64,000 nucleotides of DNA, from contig CAWDOD010000010.1 in assembly GCA_963803805.1 (NCBI GenBank), positions 192,001 through 256,000 of the forward strand. The letters are read 5' to 3'. Shown here one piece after another: positions 1 to 11,392 of this stretch (positions within the stretch are counted from its first letter, which is position 1; each line of letters starts with the position of its first letter). Source of the stretch: an uncultured cyanobacterium (GTDB lineage: Bacteria; Cyanobacteriota; Cyanobacteriia; Cyanobacteriales; CAWCAG01). Both the position numbers and the translations under genes were made by a program. Under the pieces are notes generated by a model. It did not search any database, was not told the origin of the DNA, and saw only the letters and a list, made by a program, of their open reading frames with translations.

Positions 1-122
1 CAACTTAAACAAGCAACCTGGCCTTGGCCAAGTGGGTAACTCTGGTTTGGTTGATGGTTATATTCCTTCATGGCATTTATATTTTTGGTATAGCAAACTA
101 TTCTGTTAAATCAAATGGCTAA
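1..122 (+). CDS. 3' end of small 2TM-domain membrane protein (partial, apparent 1-nt deletion near 25-28)
   Basis: Frame 1 reads QLKQATWPW and frame 3 continues AKWVTLVWLMVIFLHGIYIFGIANYSVKSNG* (TAA 120-122). Restoring one G joins them into a C-terminus resembling the cyanobacterial 2TM protein I recall upstream of DUF3181. Confidence 0.6.
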
Positions 123-423
123 TTACAATACGACTGAGACAATTGAAGCCCTAGCAGCGGAAATTGGCGAAAATATCTATATGGATATAGCTAAATGGCA
201 TCTTTATTTGTCTAACGCGAAGCTACATACTGTGGTAGCAGAAAAAGTTTATCCCTTACTAGAAGGTAATTCTTTAACCCAGGATAAGGTAACAGCAATT
301 TTGCAAGATATCCCTATCCAGTTGGGAGGTGGAAAAAAAGAACTCCCTTTAACTGAACTTTTGCCAAACCAATGTCAGAGTAATTTGATGGAATTGCTAC
401 GAGAATATCAAAATAAGTTTTAG
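115..423 (+). CDS. DUF3181 family protein
   Basis: IEALAAEIGENIYMDIAKWHLYL and LGGG motifs of this cyanobacterial family. Confidence 0.85.
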   Translation: MANYNTTETIEALAAEIGENIYMDIAKWHLYLSNAKLHTVVAEKVYPLLEGNSLTQDKVTAILQDIPIQLGGGKKELPLTELLPNQCQSNLMELLREYQNKF

Positions 424-444
424 CTATTAGCTAATGGCTAGTTG

Positions 445-1380
445 CTAGTTGTTTGATAGAGATTGTTTAGCTAAATCAGTGTAAACAATCTCTAAAAACT
501 TTGCTGGTGGGAGAAAACCATCTCCCCAAGTAGAATCTAGATCAGCAGTTGGTTCAGAAGCAATGAAATCTTCCAGGGAAATATTTTGGGCGATCGCAGA
601 CCTAACTCGATCTCGTACTGTTTTTAACATATTAAGATAAGCAATCAACTCACCACGGTTAGAAAGAGGGCCGTGACCGGGAATAATACTAGTCTGATTA
701 TCCACCATGGTAAGTAGCTGTTCCACCGCTAAAATCATGCCATCAATGGAACCACCATGTTCAACATCAATGAAAGGATAAAAGCCATTAAAATAAACAT
801 CTCCGGTATGGATGATATTGGCTTCTTGAAAATGGATAATTGAGTCACCATTTGTATGGGCAGAGTTAACGTGGAAAGCCTCAATTGTTTCGCCATTGAG
901 GTGAAAAGTCATCGTCTCATTAAAAGTAATTGCCGGTAGGGCAACTTCCGGTGAGGCAGGAACTTCCCGATTAAAAACTGCCATTACCTGGTCTGTACTA
1001 AGAAGTTCACGCACATTATCATGGGCAAAAATAAGAACCCCTGCCTTACCCAAATTTTCATTGCCTCCAGTATGATCGGAATGCCAATGAGTATTAATCA
1101 AGAAGCGTACTGGTTCAGGGCTAATTTCACCCACAGCATTAAGGATTTTCTCTGTTAAGGGTGCAAACTGATCATCAATGAGGAAAACTCCATCCTCCCC
1201 AGCAGAGACACCAATATTGCCACCTTCTCCTGTCAACATATAAATACCATCCCGAATCGGAATAGTTTCAATTTGAACTTGCTCAAAATCTTGATCTTGG
1301 GCTATTGCTGGTGTAGCACAACAAGCTAAGGCAATGCCAGCAAAATAGGAACAACAACGATATTGGGAACGAGTAAACAC
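445..1380 (-). CDS. secreted MBL-fold metallo-hydrolase
   Basis: THWHSDHTGGN metal motif, AHTNGD, HTGD, IPGHG; N-terminal signal-peptide-like segment. Confidence 0.85.
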   Translation of the reverse strand: MFTRSQYRCCSYFAGIALACCATPAIAQDQDFEQVQIETIPIRDGIYMLTGEGGNIGVSAGEDGVFLIDDQFAPLTEKILNAVGEISPEPVRFLINTHWHSDHTGGNENLGKAGVLIFAHDNVRELLSTDQVMAVFNREVPASPEVALPAITFNETMTFHLNGETIEAFHVNSAHTNGDSIIHFQEANIIHTGDVYFNGFYPFIDVEHGGSIDGMILAVEQLLTMVDNQTSIIPGHGPLSNRGELIAYLNMLKTVRDRVRSAIAQNISLEDFIASEPTADLDSTWGDGFLPPAKFLEIVYTDLAKQSLSNN

Positions 1381-1483
1381 AATCTATATGGGAAAACTTG
1401 AAGAGTGACTTTCTAACTATATAATCAATTGAGTTATTTATTGCCTAACTTGGCTAGCAAATCACCTGATAGTCTAATTCAGT

Positions 1484-2218
1484 ATGACCTATTGCTTAAG
1501 AATTGCTGACATTCCCAGCAGCGAACGCCCTCGCGAAAGGCTGGTTGCTTTAGGGGCAAAAAATCTCTCAACAGCAGAGTTAATAGCGATGTTGTTGAGA
1601 ACAGGACAGGGATCGGGAAAACTTTCTGCTGTGGGCTTAGGGCAGTATATTCTTCAGGAATTAAGCAAACATCAAAGAGATCCTTTAGAAGTTCTGCGTA
1701 ATGTTACCCTCCAAGAGTTGATGCAAATTCCTGGCATTGGTCCGGCTAAGGCAACTACCATCGTAGCTGCGGTAGAATTAGGGAAACGAGCTTTTCAATC
1801 TCAACCGAAAGAACGCACTATCGTCGACAGCCCCGAATGTGCTGCCGCAACTTTGAGCCATGAGTTAATGTGGCAAAGTCAAGAAAAGTTTGCTGTAATC
1901 CTTTTGGATGTCAATAATTGTTTGGTTGGGACTCAAATTATTACCATCGGCACAGCTACAGAAACCTTAGCCCCTCCCCGCGAAATTTTCCGAGAGGTAT
2001 TGCGTCAAGGAGCAACACGGTTAATTATTGCTCACAATCATCCTTCAGGAAATATCGAACCAAGCGAGGAAGATATTGGTTTAACAGAACAGCTTTTAAA
2101 AGGGGCGCAGTATTTAAATATTCCTTTGCTAGATCATTTAATTTTAGGCAACGGCGATCACCAAAGTTTGCGGCAAGTTACGGATTTGTGGGACAAGTAT
2201 CCCCAAGGAGAGAGTTAA
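1484..2218 (+). CDS. radC: RadC family JAB-domain protein
   Basis: ERPRERL, HhH GIGPAKA, AHNHPSG...PSEED, LLDHLIL. Confidence 0.95.
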   Translation: MTYCLRIADIPSSERPRERLVALGAKNLSTAELIAMLLRTGQGSGKLSAVGLGQYILQELSKHQRDPLEVLRNVTLQELMQIPGIGPAKATTIVAAVELGKRAFQSQPKERTIVDSPECAAATLSHELMWQSQEKFAVILLDVNNCLVGTQIITIGTATETLAPPREIFREVLRQGATRLIIAHNHPSGNIEPSEEDIGLTEQLLKGAQYLNIPLLDHLILGNGDHQSLRQVTDLWDKYPQGES

Positions 2219-2362
2219 ATCAGATATCTGAAATCTCATTTCAGGGACAAGGGGGAACTAGAGAGAATAGTTGCAGTCAAAAAAAGCAACTAAATGTTAG
2301 TATTTTTTACATTTAGGGTTCACTCCCGATTGGGAATATGAAATTGTGGGGAATTAAAAAAT

Positions 2363-4224
2363 TTGAGGCTGATTTACCAAATCCAAAATAGCTGGAAGTC
2401 TTTTGAACAACATCCTAAAAGTAGCTGGTGGTTCTCGTTTTTTTGGTTGTTATTAATTGGTTTTTTCGCTTTTATTTGGAACTTAGGTACTACAGGTTTG
2501 GTGGATGAGACAGAACCTCTTTTTGCTGAAGCGGCACGTCAGATGGCAGAAACCGGAGATTGGGTTACGCCTTATTTTAATGGGGAAACTCGCTTTGATA
2601 AGCCCCCTCTGGTTTATTGGTTAATGGCCATTGGTTACAAAGTAATTGGGGTTAATGAATGGGCAGTAAGATGGCCCTCTGCTTTCGCGGCGATCGCCCT
2701 AATGGCAATGGTGTTTTATACCCTGCGGCGTTATGGTTTTGCAACTCCTGGGACAGCGAAACAAGGAGAGGGTGTAAGTCGCCCTCAAAGGCAGTTATGG
2801 CTGTCTGCTTGGCTTGGTTCAGCTTTAGTTGCTTTGAATATTCAAACTTTGGTTTGGGCCCATACAGGGGTTTCTGACCTGCTTCTGAGTGGCTGTATGG
2901 GTTGTGCGATACTCTGTTTTTTTCTTGGCTATGCAAAATATCGAGGTGAAGGGGGTTGGTTTGCTTGGCCTCGTCCTTGGTATCTTGCTTTTTATATTCT
3001 CACTTCCCTAGCTGTTTTAACCAAAGGGCCTGTAGGTATCGTTATACCAGGAATAGTTATTATCCCTTTCCTGTTGTATGTCGGGGGACTTTGGCAAGTA
3101 GCCAAAGAAGCTGGGTTAGTTGTGGGTAGCATTCTCTTCCTGATTCTCAGTGTCCCTTGGTTTGTTTTAGTAAGTTTAAGAAACCCTGATTACCTAGATT
3201 CTTTTTTCGGCTACCATAACTTTGAGCGCTTCACCGGTGTAGTTAACCACCATGCCGCACCTTGGTACTTTTATTTCCTGGTGGTACTTGTTGGTTTTGC
3301 CCCCTACTCAGTTTATCTACCCCAAGCAATTTTTCGTTTAAAGTTTTGGCAACCTTCTTTTTGGCGTAAGCAACCTCGTTCAGCACAGTTAAGCTTGTTT
3401 GCCCTTTTTTGGTTTGCTGCTATTTTCCTGTTTTTCAGCGTCGCTGTCACCAAGCTTCCTAGTTATACCCTCCCTTTATTACCCGCCGCTGCTATTCTGG
3501 TTGCTTTGTTAGGAAGCGAAGAGTTAACCAAAGTTAAACAACTGACCAACAAAACGAAACCCAACCGAGGTTTATTAATCACCAATCTGGTTAATATTCT
3601 CTTTCTTTTCGTCTTAGCTGCTGCCCTCGCTTATGCCCCAACTTTATTGGTTATGACCCCGCCGCCCCCAACTTGGGGGAATTAGTAGCAGAATCTGGTT
3701 TACCCAAGGTTGGGGGTCTAATTTGGCTGATAGCAGCTTTGGTTGGGTGTGTATTTTGTTGGCGATTCCAGTTAAGATCCTGGCTAATGGGTATTAATCT
3801 ACTAGCTTTTTTCGCCTTCTTAATTTTCGTTATTCATCCTGCTTCTTTCCTTCTTGATCAAGCCCGGCAACTTCCTTTAAGGGAACTTTCTCAACTTGTT
3901 CCCCAAGTGGAAAAACCAGGAGAAGATTTTTACATGGTCGGTTTTAAAAAACCCAGCGTAGTTTTTTATTCCCAACGCCCGGTTAAGTATTTTACCCATA
4001 TAGAACATCTTTTACCTAAGCTGGTGACAGAAAATGGCTTGGGCTTTTTCAAAAATTATGCCCAACAAAATGACTCTCTATTAATCCTTAGTGAACCAAG
4101 TTCATGGGAAAACATCAATCTGCAACCCCAAGATTACCAAAAGCTTGATAGTCAAGGGTCTTATGATTTGATTCGGGTTTCTAAAGAAGTTCTGATCAGC
4201 AAAATAACTAACAACTCTAATTGA
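2363..4224 (+). CDS. GT39/ArnT-type glycosyltransferase (frameshift at C run 3636-3639)
   Basis: LVDETEPLFAEAARQM, RFDKPPL, LTKGP and TKLPSY motifs; adding one C gives continuous APNFIGYDPAAPNLGELV, joining ORFs 2363..3685 and 3673..4224. Confidence 0.85.
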
Positions 4225-4269
4225 CGGGCAAGAGATCAGGGTTGGTAGAGTTAGCAAGACCATTAGCCC

Positions 4270-4307
4270 TTAGCAACTAGCAACTAGCAATTAGCAATTA
4301 ACAATTG
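4270..4307. repeat. heptamer tandem repeat (TAGCAAC/TAGCAAT)
   Basis: ttagcaa ctagcaa ctagcaa ttagcaa ttaacaa. Confidence 0.8.
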
Positions 4308-4365
4308 ACACCTCCAAAGCGGTATTAGCGTATGATCGGGATTAATAGATAAATGTTCGTTCCTC

Positions 4366-7258
4366 GTGACCCAATCTAGCAATAATACCCATTCATTCCC
4401 GGATCTTGCCAATCCTTGGCATACTCAGTCTGTTGAGAAAACCTTAGAAACATTCCAAAGCGATCCCGAAACTGGTTTAACCTCTCAACAAGTACAAGAA
4501 CGTAGGCAAAATTACGGTCTTAACGAAATTGAAGAAGGGCCAGGCCGTCCTGGCTGGGAAATATTTGTTGATCAGTTTAAAGATATTATGCTGATCATGT
4601 TGATTGCTGTGGCAATTATTTCCGGTGTCTTAGATTTAGTGGATTTACAAGGGGGAGGGGCGACGGCCGGAGAGTTCCCTTTCAAAGATACCATCGCCAT
4701 TATGGTAATTGTGATTCTTAACGGTGCTTTAGGTTATTTCCAAGAAAGTCGGGCGGAAAAAGCCTTAGCAGCCTTGAAAAATCTTTCTTCTCCTAAAGTA
4801 AGGGTGATTCGAGAAGGAGAACCCACCGAAATTGAAGGTTCCCAAGTTGTTCCTGGAGATATTATGTTGGTGGAGTCGGGAACTCAGTTAGCAGCAGATG
4901 GACAATTAGTTGAGGTTTCTAACCTCCAGGTAAGGGAGTCAGCTTTAACCGGAGAAGCCAAAGCTGTGAAAAAGTCTCCTGGGGAGGAGGGTTTAGAAGA
5001 AGATACTCCCCTTGGCGATCGCCGCAGTATGGTATTTACTGGTACAGAAGTTATCCAAGGCCGGGCTAAGGTAGTGGTTACAGCTACGGGCATGGCTACA
5101 GAATTGGGGAAAATTGCCCAAATGTTGCAAGGGGTGGAAAGTGAACCGACTCCCCTACAACAGAGGATGAATCAGTTAAGTAAGGCTTTGGTGACAGGTT
5201 CTCTCTCTTTGGTGGTTTTGGTTATTGCTGTTGGGGTAATTAGTACCGGCAACTTTAGTCGCCTACGAGAATTAGTGGAAGTTTCTTTAAGTATGGCGGT
5301 GGCAGTAGTTCCAGAAGGTTTACCTGCGGTGGTTACGGTAACATTAGCCTTGGGAACCCAGCGTATGGTACGTCGCCATGCCCTGATTCGTAAACTTCCG
5401 GCGGTGGAAACTTTGGGTTCGGTAAGTGCTATTTGTTCTGATAAAACCGGAACTTTAACCCAAAATAAAATGGTGGTGCAGGAAGTTGTGACCTTAGAAA
5501 ACAGCTTTAAGGTGACAGGGGAAGGTTATAACCCTACAGGAGATTTCTTAGCTGAAGAACAAACTGTGAAGAGTCAAGATTACCCTGAACTACAAACTTT
5601 ACTTCTGGCGGGAGTTCTTTGTAATGATGCTTTTTTACAGTACAAAGATGTTGAGGATGTTGAAGGGGAAAATCGCAATCCTCACCCGGAATGGATAATC
5701 TTGGGAGATCCTACCGAAGGTGCGTTACTTTCTTTAGCAGGGAAAGCTTCCTTAGAACAACAATCTTTAGGCCGTCAGTTAGTCAGGATGGGAGAATTTC
5801 CCTTTACTTCTAGCCGCAAGCGGATGAGTGTTATTTGTCAAGGTAAGGGGGAAGCAATTCAAGGGGCTATTAATACTACCGATTTGGTTCCGGCTAGCCC
5901 TTTCGTAATGTTTAGCAAAGGTTCACCAGAATTAATTTTAGAACGCTGCGAATCTTTTAAATCTGGTGATTCTCCTTCGGAGACGCTACGCGAACACTTC
6001 GTACCCTTACAAGAAGAACATCGGCAAAAAATTCTTAATGACAATGATAGGATCGGCCCAAAGGGGGTTGCGGGTTTTAGGTTTGGCTTATAAACCTGTG
6101 GAGGAAATTCCTTCGGCTGATGGGGAAGAGAGTGCTGAACAAGAACTAATTTGGCTAGGGTTAGTGGGAATGCTTGATGCCCCACGCCTAGAAGCGAAAG
6201 AAGCAGTACACCAGAGTAAGAAAGCCGGGATTAGAACCCTGATGATTACAGGAGATCATCAACTAACTGCTAGGGCGATCGCTTCCCAGTTAGATATTGC
6301 CACAGAGAAAGATAGAGTTCTCAGTGGACGGGAGTTGCAAAGGATGCCGCAATCGGAATTAGAACAGGAAGTTAACCAAGTTAGCGTTTATGCCCGTGTC
6401 TCCCCAGAACATAAGCTACGCATCGTTCAGGCCCTCCAGAAACAGGGTAAATTTGTTGCCATGACGGGGGACGGAGTTAATGATGCCCCGGCCCTTAAAC
6501 AGGCGGATATCGGTATTGCCATGGGTATTACCGGAACTGATGTTAGTAAAGAAGCTAGTGATATGGTTTTACTAGACGATAACTTTACTACCATCATTGC
6601 CGCAACAGAAGAAGGAAGGGTTGTTTATGCAAACATCCGCCGCTTCATTAAATACATTTTGGGCAGTAACATCGGCGAAGTGATTACTATTGCTGCTGCC
6701 CCCTTAATCGGTTTAGGAGAAGTTCCTCTCGTTCCTTTACAAATCCTCTGGATGAACCTGGTTACGGATGGTTTACCCGCTTTAGCCCTAGCGGTAGAAC
6801 CTGCTGAACCCAACGTTATGTCTCGCCCTCCTATTGATCCTAGCGAGAGTATTTTCGCCAGGGGCTTAGGTTCCTATATGATTCGTATCGGCATTATTTT
6901 TGGGTTAGTAACTATTGCCCTGATGTGGTTAGCTTTCAATTATTATCCCGATCATTGGAAAACCATGGTCTTTACAACCCTTTGTATTGCTCAAATGGGC
7001 CATGCGATCGCCGTGCGTTCCCATTCCCAGTTAACCATTGAATTGAATCCTTTTTCCAATCCCTATTTACTAGTGGCGGTGATCGGGACAACGATTTTAC
7101 AATTAATGTTAGTTTATGTCCCAAAATTGCAGAGCTTTTTTGGCACTGATTATTTAACCTTAGAAGAATTAGGGCTTTGTTTCGGTTTCAGCGCCATCAT
7201 TTTCGTTTGGGTAGAGTTAGAGAAGTTATTCATTCGCTGGTTCTTAACCAAAAAATAA
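4366..7258 (+). CDS. pacL: cation-transporting P-type ATPase, PacL/Ca2+-like (frameshift near 6054)
   Basis: PEGL, DKTGTLT, KGSPE, TGD and GDGVND motifs; removing one base at about 6054 restores [13 protein letters not shown]. Confidence 0.85.
5971..5994 (+). repeat. small dispersed repeat inserted in frame in the ATPase
   Basis: TCTCCTTCGGAGACGCTACGCGAA (hairpin TCTCC-TTC-GGAGA) encodes SPSETLRE; a 20/22 copy lies on the minus strand at 48174-48195. Confidence 0.65.
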
Positions 7259-7299
7259 CTAAAGTTACTACAAAAAACTAATTAGATTAAGTCTAAAAA

Positions 7300-7336
7300 T
7301 TATTACTTATTACTTATTACTTATTACTTATTACTT
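7300..7336. repeat. heptamer tandem repeat (TTATTAC) x5
   Basis: direct reading. Confidence 0.9.
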
Positions 7337-7337
7337 T

Positions 7338-8114
7338 TTGAAAATGCCCCATGAACAACTAATTGAAGAGTGGCAAAAAATGGCGCGAGATTCAATTATG
7401 TTACTACGTCGTTTGTTAATCATCTCTCTACTTAAAACCATTGGCTACTGTATTCTTTCTTTGTTCTTGTTTAGCGTAGCAGCAGCGATTATTTTCCATG
7501 TCAGTCTTGAGAGCGCCGGAAGTTTTAGCTTTGCTACTTTTTTTAAGTTAGTTGCTTTGATGATTCTTTATTTAATCGCGGGGATTATTTGTGGGGTGAG
7601 CTTAGCTATTTTATCTGGTTATCAGAACTTAGTTAGTAAAATTTTGCGCCACTGCTTACAACCTTTATTTTCTTTAGTTATTGAGGCTGTTTTTGAGCAA
7701 AAAGAAAGTATGAATATTTACTTTTTCCAGCAAGGTCTTAATCAGTTAGTTGTGGAAATATCGAGGGTTTTAGAAGAAACTTTCACAACTATGGAAAGAA
7801 CTATCAAAACTCCCATAAAAATATTCACTATTTTCAAGAAGTTTGGTATTAGAGTATTTCATCTACAATCATCTTTATTAATTCACCTTAATCAACTAAT
7901 GCTGGATTTAACTATCAATAAACTATTAAAGAAATTGAAGAAAGAAGGGCGAACTGATGTCAACATTGTCGAAATTGGACAATTTATCACCGAACAACTA
8001 CCTTCTTTAATTGAAGAAACAGCCAGCAAAAAAACTAAATCCTATCGTCGCTTCGTTTACGTTATCGCCGGCTCATTTCTCTTTGTCCCTATAGCCATAA
8101 CAGCACTCAACTAA
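7338..8114 (+). CDS. hypothetical membrane protein
   Basis: 258-aa ORF with two N-terminal and one C-terminal hydrophobic segments; no family recognised. Confidence 0.6.
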   Translation: MKMPHEQLIEEWQKMARDSIMLLRRLLIISLLKTIGYCILSLFLFSVAAAIIFHVSLESAGSFSFATFFKLVALMILYLIAGIICGVSLAILSGYQNLVSKILRHCLQPLFSLVIEAVFEQKESMNIYFFQQGLNQLVVEISRVLEETFTTMERTIKTPIKIFTIFKKFGIRVFHLQSSLLIHLNQLMLDLTINKLLKKLKKEGRTDVNIVEIGQFITEQLPSLIEETASKKTKSYRRFVYVIAGSFLFVPIAITALN

Positions 8115-8203
8115 GTAATAAATAATAAGTAATAAGTAACTTTCCCTATTTTACGACAAGGTTTACACGAACGCGAAACGCGAACCCTATTCCCTATTAT
8201 TTA

Positions 8204-9328
8204 ATGTTTCTTAAAAAGCTCCATCTACGTTCCTTTCGTAATTACCAAGATCAAGGCGTTAACTTCATAGCCAGGAAAACAATTTTGGTTGGTAATAATG
8301 CTCAAGGAAAATCTAATCTGTTAGAAGCAGTAGAATTATTAGCAACTTTAAAAAGTCATCGTACCTCTCGCGATCGCGACTTGGTTTTGGAGGGGGAAGA
8401 GGACGGTAGAATCAACGCTATTTTAGAACGAAAGTATGGTAGTTCAGAGCTAACTATCACTTTAAAGTATAAAGGTAGACGAACATTAGTTTTAAATCAA
8501 GAAAAATTACGCCGTCAAACCGAATTTCTGGGAATATTAAACGCCGTACAATTTTCTAGCTTAGACTTGGATTTAGTGAGAGGCAGTCCTGAAACTCGCC
8601 GTAGTTGGTTAGACTATCTCCTCATTCAACTAGAACCAATTTATGCTTATATTTTGCAACAGTATAATCAAGTTCTACGCCAAAGAAATGCTTTTTTAAG
8701 GAGACTTCGCGACTTAGAAGTAGATATTAATAATTATATTGACCAACTTGCTTTATGGGATGCTCAACTAGCTGCTACAGGTTCTAGGATAACCCGTCGC
8801 CGAGCTAGAGTTTTACAGCGAATTGCTCCTTTAGCTGCTGCTTGGCACGCTAGTATCAGTGGAGAAACAGAAGTTTTAGCTATTAATTATCATCCTAATA
8901 TTAATTGGCAAGAAGATAATCCTGAACACGTCCAACAAGCCTTTTTAGAAAAGATTCAACAACGTCGTATTCCAGAACAACAACAAGGTACAACTTTAGT
9001 TGGTCCCCATCGAGATGAAATAGAATTAACTATCAATAAAACCCCGGCTCGTTCCTATGGTTCCCAAGGGCAGCAACGTACTTTGGTTTTAGCCCTTAAA
9101 TTAGCAGAATTAAAGTTAATTGAAGAGGTGATTGGAGAGCCGCCCCTACTCCTTCTCGATGACGTTTTAGCTGAATTAGACCTCAATCGCCAAAACCAAC
9201 TCTTAGAAGCAATTCAAGACCGCTTTCAAACCTTAATTACTACAACTCACCTCAGTGCTTTTGATAAGCAATGGGTGAAAGATTCACAAATTTTAACTGT
9301 GGAAAAAGGGTTAATCATTGATCGTTAA
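8204..9328 (+). CDS. recF: DNA replication/repair protein RecF
   Basis: FRNY, Walker [33 protein letters not shown]. Confidence 0.97.
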   Translation: MFLKKLHLRSFRNYQDQGVNFIARKTILVGNNAQGKSNLLEAVELLATLKSHRTSRDRDLVLEGEEDGRINAILERKYGSSELTITLKYKGRRTLVLNQEKLRRQTEFLGILNAVQFSSLDLDLVRGSPETRRSWLDYLLIQLEPIYAYILQQYNQVLRQRNAFLRRLRDLEVDINNYIDQLALWDAQLAATGSRITRRRARVLQRIAPLAAAWHASISGETEVLAINYHPNINWQEDNPEHVQQAFLEKIQQRRIPEQQQGTTLVGPHRDEIELTINKTPARSYGSQGQQRTLVLALKLAELKLIEEVIGEPPLLLLDDVLAELDLNRQNQLLEAIQDRFQTLITTTHLSAFDKQWVKDSQILTVEKGLIIDR

Positions 9329-9573
9329 AACTTCAATTTTTTAGGCTAGACTCGAAAAGACTTTCTTTCGGTGGGACAACACTAATCTCATCTAACCTCA
9401 CTTTTGTCTTTGCTTTCAAGAAATATCCTTGATGAAACCTTGTAAAATCGTGCGAATGCAATCTTAAGTATGTGTCAAATCTTAATTTTTCATTTTGACT
9501 TGATGCGACTCCCTTACTGACAGGAAGACAAAGTGATGGAAAGAACAAGAGAGACAATTTACTTACTACGAAG

Positions 9574-10425
9574 ATGAAATACAACACATTATTAACAGTC
9601 GTTTTAGGATTAAGTTTGGGAACTTTAGTAAGCTGTACCCAAAAAACAGAACCAGAAGTTGTAGTTCCAAAAGAACAGCAAGAAATAAAAATCACTGGTG
9701 CTGGTTCTCCTTATCCAGCCTTAGAAGCTTTGGCTAAGGCTTATGAAGAGCAAGAAAATGGTGTTAAGATTAACTTCCTGCCACCGAGTCAAAGTCCAGG
9801 GGGTATTGATGGCACTAAAAATGGTTTAGTCGATTTAGGTTCAGTTACCAGGAAACCTAAACCAGAAGAAGATGATGGTTCCCTAGAATACCAAGAATTA
9901 GCCCAAGATGGTTTAGTTGTAGCAACTCATCCCAGTGTTGAAGGTGTTACGAACTTACAAACAGAGCAGCTTAAGGGTATTTATAGCGGAGAAATAACCA
10001 ATTGGCAAGAAGTTGGTGGCCCTGATGCACCTATTGTCTTACTAGATCGACCGGAAGATGAATCGGCGAAGAAACTTTTACGGGAATACTATTTAGGGGA
10101 AGACTTAAAAACTTCGACCGAGGCAATAATTCTGCGCCAGGAAGGGGATTTAATTGACACTATACAGAGTACTGAATATAGCATCGGTACATTTTCCCTC
10201 GCCTATGCTGTAGTTAATGACTTAGCCATTAATCGCCTTAGTCTTGATCAGGTTGAGCCTACTGCTGAAAATGTTCAAGCAGGGAAGTATCAAATGACGC
10301 GCAAACTCGGCATTGTTTTGAAAAAAGAGGGCATTTCCCCAGAAACTCGCCAATTTGTTGATTTTATGTTTAGTGAAGAAGGAGCTAAGGTACTACAGCA
10401 AGCTGGTTTTGTACCTTCGTTGTAA
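9574..10425 (+). CDS. PstS-like substrate-binding lipoprotein (copy 1)
   Basis: lipobox LVSC; LAQDGLVVATHP, IYSGEITNWQEVGGPD and GKYQMTRKL are typical of the phosphate-binding-protein fold. Confidence 0.85.
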   Translation: MKYNTLLTVVLGLSLGTLVSCTQKTEPEVVVPKEQQEIKITGAGSPYPALEALAKAYEEQENGVKINFLPPSQSPGGIDGTKNGLVDLGSVTRKPKPEEDDGSLEYQELAQDGLVVATHPSVEGVTNLQTEQLKGIYSGEITNWQEVGGPDAPIVLLDRPEDESAKKLLREYYLGEDLKTSTEAIILRQEGDLIDTIQSTEYSIGTFSLAYAVVNDLAINRLSLDQVEPTAENVQAGKYQMTRKLGIVLKKEGISPETRQFVDFMFSEEGAKVLQQAGFVPSL

Positions 10426-10522
10426 TTTAAAGCTCTTGTTTTTCAAGCTAGACTCGAAAAAACTCTCTTTCCGGGGGCAGTACCAATTTTTGAGCTTAAT
10501 TCACCTGTGAGAAAATAGTCTG

Positions 10523-11380
10523 ATGAACAGTAATGCACTATTAATAATATTTTTAGGATTAAGTTTTGGGATTTTGCCAAGCTGTACCTCAGAAAAAGAA
10601 CCATCAGTAACAGCATTTCAAGAACAGCAAGAAATTAAAATTGCTGGTGATGGTATTATTTATATCCCTTTGCAGGCTTTAGCTGAGGCTTATAAAAATC
10701 AAGCAGACAATGTTGAGATCAGCTTTTTGCCACCAAATCGAAGTCTAGAGGGAATTGCTGGTGTTAAAAATGCCATAGTAGATTTAGGTGCAGTTACCAG
10801 GAAACTGACACCAGAAGAGAATGATGATTCTTTAGAGTATCGGGAATTAGCTCAAGATGCTTTAGTAGTGGCAACCCATCCCAGTGTTGAAGGTGTCACT
10901 AACTTACAAACAGAGCAACTTAAAGCCATTTATGGCGGTAAAATAACTAATTGGCAAGAAGTTGGTGGTCCTAATGCACCTATTATCTTACTAGATCGAC
11001 CTGAAGGTGAATCGGGGAAAAAGCTATTACGGGAATACTATTTAGGTGAAGAACTAAAAAAATCTTCAGAAGCAGTAATCCTAACCAAAGAAAGCGATTT
11101 AATTGAAACCCTACAGAGTACTGAATATAGTATTGGTGCATTTTCTCTTGCCTATGCTGTAGTTAATGACTTAGCCATTAATCGCCTTAGTCTCGATGGG
11201 GTAAAACCTACAATAGCGAATGTTCAAGCAGGGAAGTATAAGATGACGCGCAAACTCGGTATTGTTTATCCCAAAAAAGGTGCTTCCGAAGCAACTTACC
11301 AATTTATTAATTTTGCGTTTAGTGAAGCAGGGGCAGCAGAATTATTGCAAGCTGGTTTTGTGCCATCTCGCCAAAAATAG
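10523..11380 (+). CDS. PstS-like substrate-binding lipoprotein (copy 2, tandem paralogue)
   Basis: lipobox LPSC; long identical blocks shared with copy 1 (VVATHPSVEGVTNLQTEQLK, FSLAYAVVNDLAINRLSLD). Confidence 0.85.
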   Translation: MNSNALLIIFLGLSFGILPSCTSEKEPSVTAFQEQQEIKIAGDGIIYIPLQALAEAYKNQADNVEISFLPPNRSLEGIAGVKNAIVDLGAVTRKLTPEENDDSLEYRELAQDALVVATHPSVEGVTNLQTEQLKAIYGGKITNWQEVGGPNAPIILLDRPEGESGKKLLREYYLGEELKKSSEAVILTKESDLIETLQSTEYSIGAFSLAYAVVNDLAINRLSLDGVKPTIANVQAGKYKMTRKLGIVYPKKGASEATYQFINFAFSEAGAAELLQAGFVPSRQK

Positions 11381-11392
11381 GACAAAAAAGAA

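Noticed and set aside
4305-4336. Sigma70 promoter TTGACA...TATGAT for pacL
   Set aside because: The spacer is 20 nt and the TTGACA derives from the heptamer array
5966-6093. Programmed frameshifting in pacL and the other split genes
   Set aside because: No slippery heptamer or stimulatory structure seen; sequencing error is simpler
9455-9490. Pho box upstream of the PstS-like genes
   Set aside because: The two CTTAA units are 18 nt apart, not the 11-nt period expected
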